Virus record (IMG/VR): IMGVR_UViG_3300028586_000009
Span: 1 to 40,618 of that record
Reading direction: 5' to 3' (one strand)
Source: a virus
Taxonomy: Duplodnaviria; Caudoviricetes
Length of the DNA: 40,618 bases
The notes below the pieces were generated by a model. It saw only the letters and a list, made by a program, of their open reading frames with translations. It made no database searches and was not told where the DNA came from. Made by a program: the position numbers and the translations under genes. Position 1 is the stretch's first letter, and every line of letters starts with the position of its first letter. This document shows, piece by piece, positions 1-7,902 of this stretch.

Positions 1-127
1 ACACTCAGCGGTTGCGATGGCTGCGGCGGGTGCAATGGGTAGGTCGGTGGCGGGGATGGGCTTACGGGCCTCCGCAACGTACTTACGGACGGGATTAGGA
101 TGCACGCGCTCCACAACCCGGTTGATC
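1..127. repeat. Terminal direct repeat, copy 1 (circular-assembly overlap)
   Basis: Bases 1-127 are identical to 40492-40618, and an ORF reads through the junction. Confidence 0.95.
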
Positions 128-222
128 TGCTTGTGGCTCCTGTGCGTCACCACAGCAGTCGTTGGCAGTGCCGCCGCGATGCACAGGTATTTTATGCCCT
201 TGTAGGTTAGGAGGGTTTTCAT
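1..222 (-). CDS. PEPxxWA-CTERM protein, N-terminal part (continues at 40491 down to 40288; 141 aa total)
   Basis: ATG at 222 overlaps the stop of the upstream gene (ATGA). It reads MKTLLTYKGIKYLCIAAALPTTAVVTHRSHKQINRVVERVHPNP..., in frame with ORF 40288..40605. Confidence 0.85.
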   Translation of the reverse strand, partial: MKTLLTYKGIKYLCIAAALPTTAVVTHRSHKQINRVVERVHPNPVRKYVAEARKPIPATDLPIAPAAAIATAEC

Positions 223-431
223 TGGTTCTGTCCTTCCTGATCTGTGAGGTGCTGGCGGACGGCGTCGAGGATGTCTTTTGCGACCAATCGACTTGTCGCC
301 AGCTTGAGCCCGATCCCGTATCGCTCGTTGAGGCTGTACCGCATCGCCTTGGCGATCACCCCCTCTCCCATTTCGTCGAGGGCGGACACGACTGCCCCAT
401 CCTCCCCCTTGCTGCGCGATGCGGAGGTCAT
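219..431 (-). CDS. Hypothetical protein (start MTSASRS)
   Basis: ATGA coupling at both ends within the leftward operon. Confidence 0.65.
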   Translation of the reverse strand: MTSASRSKGEDGAVVSALDEMGEGVIAKAMRYSLNERYGIGLKLATSRLVAKDILDAVRQHLTDQEGQNQ

Positions 432-595
432 AATTTCCTCACTTTCAGATCGCCGCATTCACGGCAGCGCAAGTGGTAGTGCCGAGCAATCGGACGAGAG
501 CCTCCATCCCCATCGAAGACACGAATCTCCTGATGAATGTCCCAGTAATGCCGGTGCCAATCGCCGACGAAAAATAGGCAAAGCAACCGAACCAT
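428..595 (-). CDS. Small Cys/His protein, 55 aa (DUF1660-like Zn-binding); not in ORF track
   Basis: MVRLLCLFFVGDWHRHYW...HYHLRCRECGDLKVRKL; start and stop overlap the neighbouring genes. Confidence 0.65.
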   Translation of the reverse strand: MVRLLCLFFVGDWHRHYWDIHQEIRVFDGDGGSRPIARHYHLRCRECGDLKVRKL

Positions 596-936
596 TATGC
601 CTTCTCTCCCTGCGGCAAGAGGCGGATGGCGGCGGCAGCGTTGGAATATTCATAGTCCAGCAGTTCGGCATCGAGCGGATCCATACCGCCACCGATTGCA
701 GCCACGCGCGCTCGTTCCGCGCGCTCGTCCAGATGCTTCGCCGCAACAGCAAGCCCATCCGCATAGGACCGCGATGGGGGTGTGGTGCGAGCGATCAGGT
801 CCGCAAGGTTCATGGCGGTGATCGTCGATCCGCTCTCGAACGCCGCGGCTTCCTCGTTCCCGGCAGCGCGTTCAGCCGCCTCTCGCTTGCCCGACATTTC
901 GGCGTAGCGTTTGCAGATCTCGACAGCCCCGCTCAT
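595..936 (-). CDS. Hypothetical early protein
   Basis: Coupled ORF in the leftward operon. Confidence 0.65.
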   Translation of the reverse strand: MSGAVEICKRYAEMSGKREAAERAAGNEEAAAFESGSTITAMNLADLIARTTPPSRSYADGLAVAAKHLDERAERARVAAIGGGMDPLDAELLDYEYSNAAAAIRLLPQGEKA

Positions 937-1508
937 GATGCCTGCCCCTGTGCGTTGGTGAGGGCGAGGGCGGCGCGGGCGCGTTCTCCACCATCGCGGA
1001 CGATATCGCCTTCCTCGGTGGACAAGCCGTAGTTCGTCACGTCGACCCGATAGCCGTCGCCGTCTCGGTCCGCGTAGAACTCAAGAACTCCCCGCAAGTC
1101 CTCCGACAGTGCAGGAGGCGTCGGGACAGTTTCGGTCGGTGGCGTTTCCGGGGTGGCGAGGGCAAGTGCCTCACGTTCGTATTCCGGGTCGCGAATGGCT
1201 TTGGCGATCTCGGATGCGGTATCGCATTGAACCGCCGCGTCATCATTATGGCGGTCCTGCAACACGGCCCATGCAGCGGCCTGCATTCTGTCGGCAATCG
1301 CTGCACAACGCGCACGTTCCGCCTCCCTTTCCCCGCCGACCGACGCGGAAGGGAGTAGGGCTTCAAGGTTGTCAGCAATGTCCAGCGGATCGGTCTGCAT
1401 TGGGCACGACATGTCGAGGTCATTCGTCAGCAACCAATCGCTGCACTCGCGCAACCACGCAATCGCCTCTTTAAGCCCCGTTGCGGTGGCATCGGTGGGA
1501 GGGGTCAT
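933..1508 (-). CDS. Hypothetical mosaic early protein
   Basis: Coupled ORF carrying the common phage motifs ERARCAAIA and LEFYA...RARAAL. Confidence 0.7.
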   Translation of the reverse strand: MTPPTDATATGLKEAIAWLRECSDWLLTNDLDMSCPMQTDPLDIADNLEALLPSASVGGEREAERARCAAIADRMQAAAWAVLQDRHNDDAAVQCDTASEIAKAIRDPEYEREALALATPETPPTETVPTPPALSEDLRGVLEFYADRDGDGYRVDVTNYGLSTEEGDIVRDGGERARAALALTNAQGQAS

Positions 1509-1849
1509 GATTGGGGCTCCTGTTGAGCGCGGGCGAGCGGGAGGGCGTCGAAAGCGCGAACAGCAGCATCGGGTGCGGCGGGCAGCAGTCGGATGCGCAG
1601 TGGTCCGTCGCGATTGTCGCCCTCAATGAGGGCATGCGTCTCGCCTCGCTCGACCCGGTTTAGGTTCTTCCACTTGGCGACCGCCCAATCCCCGAACATG
1701 CAGGCAACCGGCGCGCCGCGCTGGCTAGGCCCAAGCGAGAAGCCAGCATCCGACATCAGTGCGCGCGCCGCGTTGTAAGCGTCGAACGTTGCGCCGCCTG
1801 AAACGGTGACGAAGAACCGGTCCCTCCCGATCGCCAGACCCCCGCTCAC
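1505..1849 (-). CDS. Conserved phage hypothetical protein
   Basis: Coupled ORF with a GFSLGPSQRGAP...AKWKNL motif. Confidence 0.7.
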   Translation of the reverse strand: MSGGLAIGRDRFFVTVSGGATFDAYNAARALMSDAGFSLGPSQRGAPVACMFGDWAVAKWKNLNRVERGETHALIEGDNRDGPLRIRLLPAAPDAAVRAFDALPLARAQQEPQS

Positions 1850-2757
1850 TGTCCCGCACTCCCGGCGGACAGGGTGCGGAAAGCGCGTTTGCCGCCATCT
1901 GCGGCTAAGGCGTTACGGCCCGCATCGCCCTCACTGTGGATCAGCCGGGCAAGCCGCGCCTGTTCGCCATACCATGCCAACGCCTCCCGCAACTCCCCTT
2001 CTCGCGCCTCGGTGGGAGGCGTCGGGGTGGCGGCGAGGAAGGCGAGCAAGCCCAACGCGTATGTGTCAAACTCCTGCGACGTGATTTCCGAACGCCGCAG
2101 TCGATTATGTGCAACCGTGATGCGGGTCAGCACGCGACGCGCTTCATTGCCCTCCCCCTCCTGCGACGTTGCGGGCTGGGTAGCGAGGGCGGCGCGGATC
2201 AGATTGCCGAGCGACGTGAGAATGCCAGAGACGGGATCAGCGATCGACTCCGGCAAGTCTTCGATAATCTCCAAATCGTCTTCGTATTCGGTTGTCAGAA
2301 CCCAATCGCCGGATACGTGGATGGCGCCCTTGATCGCCGCCCGCTGAACGTCGGTCAGCCATGCATCGAGAATGGCCCGCTCCACCTCTCCCGCCTGATT
2401 GGTCGCGGGTGCAGGTTCGGGGGATGCGGCGAGCATGGCGGACCACACCTCGCGTTCGTTCATAATATCGGCGGTCTTGAGGGCTGGATCGGCCTTGATA
2501 CGGACATCCCGATGCAGAGCTTCGAGCATCGCCTCGGTAGGCTCGCGCGGCACCAGCACGTAATCTGCACTCGCGGATGGTACAGAGGCGAGGCGGTGGC
2601 GGGCGAAGGCATGGACGATATCCTTGAAGTCCGCCTGCCCCGTGCGGATGACAGCCGCGTCGATAACATAGCCGCCCTGCGAGTCCAGATAACCCGCAGC
2701 CGCCTCCCGATCCTCCTGCGCAACCGTCACCGCTTGCTGGTCTGTCGTATCGGTCAT
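1846..2757 (-). CDS. Hypothetical mosaic early protein (start MTDTTDQQ)
   Basis: RBS TAGGAG-ATGATGAG-ATG at 2757; contains the VLVPREPTEAM...WSAMLAA module common in phage early genes. Confidence 0.75.
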   Translation of the reverse strand: MTDTTDQQAVTVAQEDREAAAGYLDSQGGYVIDAAVIRTGQADFKDIVHAFARHRLASVPSASADYVLVPREPTEAMLEALHRDVRIKADPALKTADIMNEREVWSAMLAASPEPAPATNQAGEVERAILDAWLTDVQRAAIKGAIHVSGDWVLTTEYEDDLEIIEDLPESIADPVSGILTSLGNLIRAALATQPATSQEGEGNEARRVLTRITVAHNRLRRSEITSQEFDTYALGLLAFLAATPTPPTEAREGELREALAWYGEQARLARLIHSEGDAGRNALAADGGKRAFRTLSAGSAGQ

Positions 2758-2777
2758 CTCATCATCTCCTAAAGGGA

Positions 2778-2960
2778 TCAAGCGAATGCCACAGCGGATG
2801 CCACGATGACAAGCGCCATTGCGATCCACAGGGCAAGAGAAACGTACCAGGATTCGCCTGTGTGGTCGGGCTGTAGTGGCCCGTCGCGGTGCTCACGCTG
2901 CCAACTCGTCATCGGGCGCGGATCGTAATGGTCGGTGCCTTTGATGGTTATGCGGGTCAT
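2778..2960 (-). CDS. Small membrane protein
   Basis: C-terminal hydrophobic helix; ATGA coupling. Confidence 0.65.
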   Translation of the reverse strand: MTRITIKGTDHYDPRPMTSWQREHRDGPLQPDHTGESWYVSLALWIAMALVIVASAVAFA

Positions 2961-3250
2961 GCCACGGTATCCTTGATGAAGCGTCCGCGACTGTCACGGT
3001 TACGGATCTTGGTGAAGGGGGCTAGACGAGCACGGTCACGATTGGCGACAATCTGAAGATCCCAAAGCCGTTGCCGCAGATCCGTGATGATCTTCTCATG
3101 ATGGTCAATCCAAGTCGCCTGGCCGCAGGCTTCTTGTTCGGTAATTGCGTGCCGACGTGCGCTGTCGGCCAACCGCTTCATCAACCCCGCAATCTCCGCA
3201 TCCTTCTCCGCTACGATGCGCTTGTGGGTGGTGGTCTTTATGAACATCAT
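2957..3250 (-). CDS. Hypothetical coiled-coil protein with C-terminal RDxxGRF motif
   Basis: Coupled ORF ending RNRDSRGRFIK. Confidence 0.7.
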   Translation of the reverse strand: MMFIKTTTHKRIVAEKDAEIAGLMKRLADSARRHAITEQEACGQATWIDHHEKIITDLRQRLWDLQIVANRDRARLAPFTKIRNRDSRGRFIKDTVA

Positions 3251-3477
3251 GCGTCCTTTCTAGCTGCGAGCATGGCGTCGGCCTGCGCGTAAGCATCGCA
3301 TGCGACGCTTTCCAAAGCACTTTTCCCTCCCATTATACCGTGCTGTCCGGCGCTCATTGCGGAGATTATTGCAGGCATTGCCTGACCGGCGAACCAATCG
3401 CGCAAGGTCATGCCCTTCGCATCAGAACCTTGAATCCCACCACCGGCGAGCGGGAACGCACTTGGATAATAATTCAT
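3247..3477 (-). CDS. Conserved phage protein (GMTLRDWFA...AYAQADAMLAAR family)
   Basis: Recognisable widespread phage motif. Confidence 0.8.
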   Translation of the reverse strand: MNYYPSAFPLAGGGIQGSDAKGMTLRDWFAGQAMPAIISAMSAGQHGIMGGKSALESVACDAYAQADAMLAARKDA

Positions 3478-3623
3478 GCTGCCATCTCCATTTTCTCTGT
3501 TCTGCGTGCATCATCCCAACCCCCAAACCATGCAGCCCTAGACGGTCCTGCGAGGCGATAAGGGTTCTGTGCCCGCGTCCGGTTGCGCTGGTAGTCCGTG
3601 GCGCCGATCTGGCGGGGGGTCAT
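3474..3623 (-). CDS. Rmf/CrpP-fold-like protein, 49 aa; not in ORF track
   Basis: MTPRQIGATDYQRNRTRAQNPYRLAGPSRAAWFGGWDDARRTEKMEMAA has the NPY...W.GGW..A pattern of ribosome modulation factor; ATGA overlaps on both sides. Confidence 0.65.
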   Translation of the reverse strand: MTPRQIGATDYQRNRTRAQNPYRLAGPSRAAWFGGWDDARRTEKMEMAA

Positions 3624-3856
3624 GGTTGCACCTGTGCGCGCTCAACCAAAGCGCGGGCAGCGGCTTGATATGTTAAAACTGGGTCGAGCTTGCTAAATCC
3701 AAACAGCGCCTTTATCGCTCGCAGGAAGAACCCCCCGCCATCTTCGTATATGTCTTGCCCCTTGCGCAACTCTGCATGGTAGGCGTTGATTTCGTCCCAC
3801 CCGATGCGATCGATAGCGCGCTCAAGCAGTACCAGTTCTTCGGGCGTAAAGCTCAT
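3620..3856 (-). CDS. Hypothetical protein (start MSFTPEEL)
   Basis: ATGA coupling to the upstream Zn-ribbon ORF. Confidence 0.65.
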   Translation of the reverse strand: MSFTPEELVLLERAIDRIGWDEINAYHAELRKGQDIYEDGGGFFLRAIKALFGFSKLDPVLTYQAAARALVERAQVQP

Positions 3857-3981
3857 GTCCATGACTCCGATCCGCATTTAGGGCAGCGGTAAATATTGAG
3901 GATGCCGCCAAGGGCTACGGGCATTTGTCCGCATCCGTGCTGGCGTGGCTTCGGGCAATGTTCTGGCGGCTGGCGTTTCAC
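3853..3981 (-). CDS. Zn-ribbon-like microprotein, 42 aa; not in ORF track
   Basis: GTG start; KRQPPEHCPKPRQHGCG...YRCPKCGSESWT; fills the gap with GTGA/ATGA overlaps. Confidence 0.55.
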   Translation of the reverse strand: MKRQPPEHCPKPRQHGCGQMPVALGGILNIYRCPKCGSESWT

Positions 3982-4199
3982 GCTTCCACCTCCGGCCCAT
4001 GCAGTTCCAAATCTTCCTGCCGCAGCATATCCACCGCCTGCGCATCCATGTCATCCAGCGCCTCGTCGAGCTGGTAAAGCGCGTCGGACGTGAACTCCTG
4101 GAAATCCCTGGCCTCCACGATCTGGCGGATGATGCGCAGTTGAACACCCAGTTGCGCGTCCTTGATGGCGCGGGTCATGGCGTCGTAGTCGTGGGTCAT
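3978..4199 (-). CDS. Acidic hypothetical protein
   Basis: Coupled ORF with a D/E-rich C-terminal half. Confidence 0.7.
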   Translation of the reverse strand: MTHDYDAMTRAIKDAQLGVQLRIIRQIVEARDFQEFTSDALYQLDEALDDMDAQAVDMLRQEDLELHGPEVEA

Positions 4200-4723
4200 T
4201 GTGCGGACTCCGTGGACTGGGTAGCGAGGGCGGCGGTTGCAGCGCGAAGATGGTCCCCGGTAATCGCGTAATCATCGCCAGCAGCGGGCCGATATGCGAA
4301 GAAGTCGCCGTATTCGCCACGCGGGCCAACGATCTCACCCGCTTTTGCGAACGGCGCTAACGCGTTTCGTAATCGCACCACTTCTTCCGCCTGCGACGAT
4401 ACATGCTGGGTTGAAATGGCGGTGATCGTAGCAATCAAATGATCGGCTTCGCTTTCCGAGAAAATTAGCGGGGGCAACGATGGCATAAGGTCCCAAGCCT
4501 GTTGCAGCTTATCTTTCGCCTCCAGGGATGTTGCGTTCTGAGCGAGGGCGGCACGAAGTATCGGGGCAAGCATGCGAGCGTCGTTTTTCCAACTCTCAAA
4601 ATTGGCAATCTCATACCTAACTGCACCTGCGGCAGCTATACAGTTGGTTAAATCGAGCGCTTGCCTGAGTATTGCCTGTAGCGCGATTACTTCCGTTTCA
4701 GGCATATTCTTTTCCTTCGTCAT
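4196..4723 (-). CDS. Hypothetical early protein (start MTKEKN)
   Basis: ATG at 4723 overlaps the stop of the 36-aa ORF. Confidence 0.7.
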   Translation of the reverse strand: MTKEKNMPETEVIALQAILRQALDLTNCIAAAGAVRYEIANFESWKNDARMLAPILRAALAQNATSLEAKDKLQQAWDLMPSLPPLIFSESEADHLIATITAISTQHVSSQAEEVVRLRNALAPFAKAGEIVGPRGEYGDFFAYRPAAGDDYAITGDHLRAATAALATQSTESAQ

Positions 4724-4830
4724 AATGCGTAGTCCCACTCTGGATCGATGCGGCCGCTTTCAAGCCCGTGCTGCTCATCTTCATCAAGGATGAATTCGAC
4801 CAGAAAATCGTCATCATGTTCAAAGTCCAT
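4720..4830 (-). CDS. Highly acidic 36-aa peptide, first gene of the leftward operon; not in ORF track
   Basis: RBS AAGGGAG; MDFEHDDDFLVEFILDEDEQHGLESGRIDPEWDYAL (14 D/E, 1 R). Confidence 0.65.
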   Translation of the reverse strand: MDFEHDDDFLVEFILDEDEQHGLESGRIDPEWDYAL

Positions 4831-4861
4831 CTCAGCGGCTCCCTTGCTGCGTGTTGAATGG

Positions 4862-4890
4862 GGTATGGGCTCGAAAAAGAATGGCGTCAA
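4862..4890 (-). promoter_or_regulatory. Leftward sigma70-like promoter
   Basis: TTGACG-17 nt-CATACC on the minus strand. Confidence 0.55.
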
Positions 4891-4903
4891 TCATTCTTTT
4901 TCG
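4872..4903. promoter_or_regulatory. Operator-like perfect 12-bp inverted repeat between divergent promoters
   Basis: CGAAAAAGAATG-N8-CATTCTTTTTCG. Confidence 0.65.
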
Positions 4904-4932
4904 TTGACCACTTGTTTTTTCATCGCTAGCTA
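4904..4932 (+). promoter_or_regulatory. Rightward sigma70-like promoter (leaderless transcript)
   Basis: TTGACC-17 nt-TAGCTA, with ATG 7 nt downstream and no SD. Confidence 0.6.
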
Positions 4933-4939
4933 TTGGTCC

Positions 4940-5137
4940 ATGGAAAAACAGCAAGCCATTGCGGCAATCCGAGAGCGGGCCAACGGTGTCCGTGTTCCCA
5001 TCTACAAGCTGTGTGAGAGCGTGAAGGTTTCGCCCGCTACGTTCACACGGTGGAAGACCAATCCAGAGTCTGCCCGCTGGTCGGTTATCGGTAGGCTGGA
5101 GAAGGCTTTGATAGAACTGGAGAAGTTCAGTGTCTGA
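4940..5137 (+). CDS. Cro-like HTH regulator, 65 aa
   Basis: IYKLCESVKVSPATFTRWK helix-turn-helix; first gene of the rightward arm. Confidence 0.75.
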   Translation: MEKQQAIAAIRERANGVRVPIYKLCESVKVSPATFTRWKTNPESARWSVIGRLEKALIELEKFSV

Positions 5138-5426
5138 CGATCCCGTCTTAATTTACCGCGAGGCAGCGGGGCCTAAATGCCCATTTCGAGCGGTCAACAT
5201 GCCTTGGCAGTCGGGGTTCTACCCCCTCTCAGAAGCAGCCAAAGCCATCAAGTCCGAGCACAACGGCATTACGGCAGACAGGGCGCCCTATGCCTACGGT
5301 TTCGCGCCCAACCCGGCGATGCAGGAATGGTACGAACTGCTGGCATCTGAACGCGCCAAGGGACGTATCGTGCGGTTTGATGGCCGCTGGTTGACCCGCG
5401 CACAACTCAAAGAGCTAGTCCAATGA
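5130..5426 (+). CDS. Hypothetical protein
   Basis: Coupled ORF. Confidence 0.6.
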   Translation: MSDDPVLIYREAAGPKCPFRAVNMPWQSGFYPLSEAAKAIKSEHNGITADRAPYAYGFAPNPAMQEWYELLASERAKGRIVRFDGRWLTRAQLKELVQ

Positions 5427-5725
5427 ACCCCCAACCCAACCACTACGCAATCTACACGGGCGGCTTCAAGCCTGTGGTGGTGCGGGTTCTAGGCGTGGCG
5501 GGAGACATCGCTACGGTGCAGGAAGGCACACATCACCAGCTACGCGCACAGCTTTGCGATATCGTTGCATACGGCCCCGCACAGGCCCCGCTAGAGGCCG
5601 CTGTAGGCAAGATGACCCGCGCCACGGCAAAGGGTGACAGGATGCGCGCTAAGGCCCGTAACTGGGTCAAGGATGAACATGCACGGATTGTCCGTGAAGC
5701 TATGGAGATGACTGATGTTCGATAA
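5423..5725 (+). CDS. Hypothetical protein
   Basis: ATGA coupling. Confidence 0.65.
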   Translation: MNPQPNHYAIYTGGFKPVVVRVLGVAGDIATVQEGTHHQLRAQLCDIVAYGPAQAPLEAAVGKMTRATAKGDRMRAKARNWVKDEHARIVREAMEMTDVR

Positions 5726-5858
5726 CCCCTATTTCTACATCGCCGTTGTGATCGCCGGAATTGTGGCGCTCGCGGTGCTTATCGTGAAGTTCATTCCTGA
5801 TGGCTACGAAAACGAGAGCGGCTTTCATTATGGCCGTGAAGATGGAGATGAGATGTGA
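5715..5858 (+). CDS. Small single-TM protein, 47 aa; not in ORF track
   Basis: RBS GGAG; MFDNPYFYIAVVIAGIVALAVLIVKFIPDGYENESGFHYGREDGDEM. Confidence 0.65.
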   Translation: MFDNPYFYIAVVIAGIVALAVLIVKFIPDGYENESGFHYGREDGDEM

Positions 5859-6163
5859 ACGAGTTTAAGGGAACGCCGGGGAAGTGGTTTAGCCTTGGCG
5901 ATGGCATCGTATATGTCGAAGACACCAAACGTGTTTATGATTCTCCGGTAAAGTTAGGATCTGGCTGGATTGAGGATGCATGGGCAGACGACAAAGCAGA
6001 TGACGAGGTTCTTGCAAATGCAAATTTAGTCGCAGCGGCACCGGATTTGCTGGAGGCTTGCGATGAAATTTACGCATGGGCCACAAAGGATGGTGATGCT
6101 GTAGACCTTAACCGCGCTTTAGAAATGATCGATGCCGCTATCAAGAAGGCCCTCCAGTCATGA
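5855..6163 (+). CDS. Conserved phage protein (TPGxW...ANAxLxAAAPDLLEA family)
   Basis: Recognisable motif. Confidence 0.75.
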   Translation: MNEFKGTPGKWFSLGDGIVYVEDTKRVYDSPVKLGSGWIEDAWADDKADDEVLANANLVAAAPDLLEACDEIYAWATKDGDAVDLNRALEMIDAAIKKALQS

Positions 6164-6426
6164 CCATCGAAGCCATGTTAGCCGAACGCGGCACGACGTA
6201 TGGGGAATACCCGGTAGGCGCCAAGATCGCGATGGACCTGTTCGATGTGGCGCAGGCCAGCCCGTCGTATCGCAAGATGACAGCGGCGCAGCAATATGCT
6301 GTGTTTATGATCCTGGCGAAGCTGTCGAGGGCGTTAAACGGCGACCCGAACCATATCGACGACTGGAGCGACGTGGTTGGGTACGCCACTCTCGTCCTCA
6401 ATACCCTAACCGGAGATGAAAAATGA
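6160..6426 (+). CDS. DUF6378-like protein
   Basis: LAERGTTYG...MILAKLSRALNGDPNHIDDWSDVVGYA. Confidence 0.75.
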   Translation: MTIEAMLAERGTTYGEYPVGAKIAMDLFDVAQASPSYRKMTAAQQYAVFMILAKLSRALNGDPNHIDDWSDVVGYATLVLNTLTGDEK

Positions 6427-7109
6427 ACCAGCGTATCGGCCCCAAGGAACTAGAAATCATCGCCCAAGCCATCAAGGAAGGAAAAAGCGCCGCCAAGGTT
6501 TCAAAAATGATCGGTTTCGCAACATCGACCATCTACAGCGCCGCCCGTGTGAACAATCTGGGCGACTGGGCGGGGAAGAAAGCGGTCCGCACAATTCCCG
6601 CCGAGTTTGCCGAGTACGCCGCCACGAACAGCAACGAAGCCTGCGCGCATCGGTTCGAGTGTGGTGTCGAGCTTGCCCGCAAGTGGCGTGTCGAGTTGGG
6701 TATCCCGAACTACAAGAAGCCCTACGAAGAGCGGAACATGGCCTATTTCGCAAAGGTAGCCGCCTCCATGCCGATACACAAAGCCGCCAAGCATTTCGGC
6801 ATGTGTTCCCGCAAAGCCCGCAAGCTGCGTAACGAACTGGGTCTCCCGAAGTTTGGCTCGCTGGCTATCGTGCCGCCTTCAGCAGGGCCAAACACGGATC
6901 CGGAAGAGTTGCAGGCGTCGGTGTCGTTTCTCCAGCGGGAAGGCTATATTCCGGTCGTCCGTTGCACCCCTGAACGCCGCCCCGCCATCGCAGGCCGCTT
7001 CTGGATCTGTGGCAACGTTCACGGCGTCCTGACCGATGCGCAGTTGATCGAGCGCGTTACGGAGATTCGGGAGCGGCGGGAGCGGATGGCGCGTAGGTGG
7101 GCTGCTTAG
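6423..7109 (+). CDS. Multi-HTH putative DNA-binding protein
   Basis: Three HTH-like repeats (e.g. ACAHRFECGVELARKWRVELG, AAKHFGMCSRKARKLRNELG). Confidence 0.65.
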   Translation: MNQRIGPKELEIIAQAIKEGKSAAKVSKMIGFATSTIYSAARVNNLGDWAGKKAVRTIPAEFAEYAATNSNEACAHRFECGVELARKWRVELGIPNYKKPYEERNMAYFAKVAASMPIHKAAKHFGMCSRKARKLRNELGLPKFGSLAIVPPSAGPNTDPEELQASVSFLQREGYIPVVRCTPERRPAIAGRFWICGNVHGVLTDAQLIERVTEIRERRERMARRWAA

Positions 7110-7131
7110 GACTGACACCAACGAGATGACG

Positions 7132-7160
7132 AAGGGGCTGGGTAACACCGGCCCTTTTTT
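7132..7160 (+). terminator. Intrinsic terminator
   Basis: GGGGCTGG/CCGGCCCT stem followed by a T run. Confidence 0.7.
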
Positions 7161-7165
7161 ATGCG

Positions 7166-7194
7166 TTGACATTCGCCAAGATGGCGACCATATT
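7166..7194 (+). promoter_or_regulatory. Promoter of the recombination module with an internal operator
   Basis: TTGACA-17-CATATT; inverted repeat TCGCCA-AGA-TGGCGA in the spacer. Confidence 0.65.
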
Positions 7195-7220
7195 GCGGGT
7201 TCCTGAGATGAGGAACGGAT

Positions 7221-7901
7221 ATGACGATCAAATATCACAACGATCTTGTGCAAGGATCGGATTCTTGGCTGGCTGCTAGGGCTGGCCTGCTGACGGCTTC
7301 CGAGATGCACAAGATCATTACACCAACGCTGAAGATTGCAGATAACGATAAAACCAAAGCCCACGTCTGGGAGCTATTGGCACAGCGTATCAGCGGGCAT
7401 GTCGAGCCCCAATATGTATCAGATGATATGTTGAGGGGGCAGGCTGACGAGATACGCGCGCGTGACCTGTATCGCGAGCATTACGCCGACACGCAGACGG
7501 CTGGCTTCATCACGAATGACGAATGGGGCTTTACGATTGGCTATTCGCCCGACGATCTAGTCGGTGATGAAGGCTTGATCGAATGTAAGAGCCGTCGCCA
7601 GCGTTTTCAGATTCAGACGATTGTCGAGAATGTAGAAACCGGAATCGCCGTCCCAGATTACCTGATGCAATGCCAGACCGGAATGCTGGTGACAAAGCGT
7701 AAATGGTGCGACCTCATTTCCTACAGCGGCGGTTTGCCTCTTGCCGTTATTCGGATCAATGCTGACCCAGCAATTCAAGAGGCAATTGTCGCAGCGGCTA
7801 CCGCTTTCGAAAACAAGCTTGCCGAAAAGCTGGCAATCTATGAGCGGGTAGCCAAAAACCTAATTCCTACCGAACGCGTAACTGAGATGGAGATGTTTTG
7901 A
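7221..7901 (+). CDS. YqaJ/lambda-exonuclease family nuclease
   Basis: QGSDSWLAARAGLLTASE, YSPDDLVG..GLIECK, YLMQCQ motifs. Confidence 0.9.
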   Translation: MTIKYHNDLVQGSDSWLAARAGLLTASEMHKIITPTLKIADNDKTKAHVWELLAQRISGHVEPQYVSDDMLRGQADEIRARDLYREHYADTQTAGFITNDEWGFTIGYSPDDLVGDEGLIECKSRRQRFQIQTIVENVETGIAVPDYLMQCQTGMLVTKRKWCDLISYSGGLPLAVIRINADPAIQEAIVAAATAFENKLAEKLAIYERVAKNLIPTERVTEMEMF

Positions 7902-7902
7902 C

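Noticed and set aside
244-2772. Long plus-strand ORFs (244..1032, 1936..2772)
   Set aside because: They lie opposite a tightly coupled minus-strand operon and have Arg/Ser-rich shadow composition.
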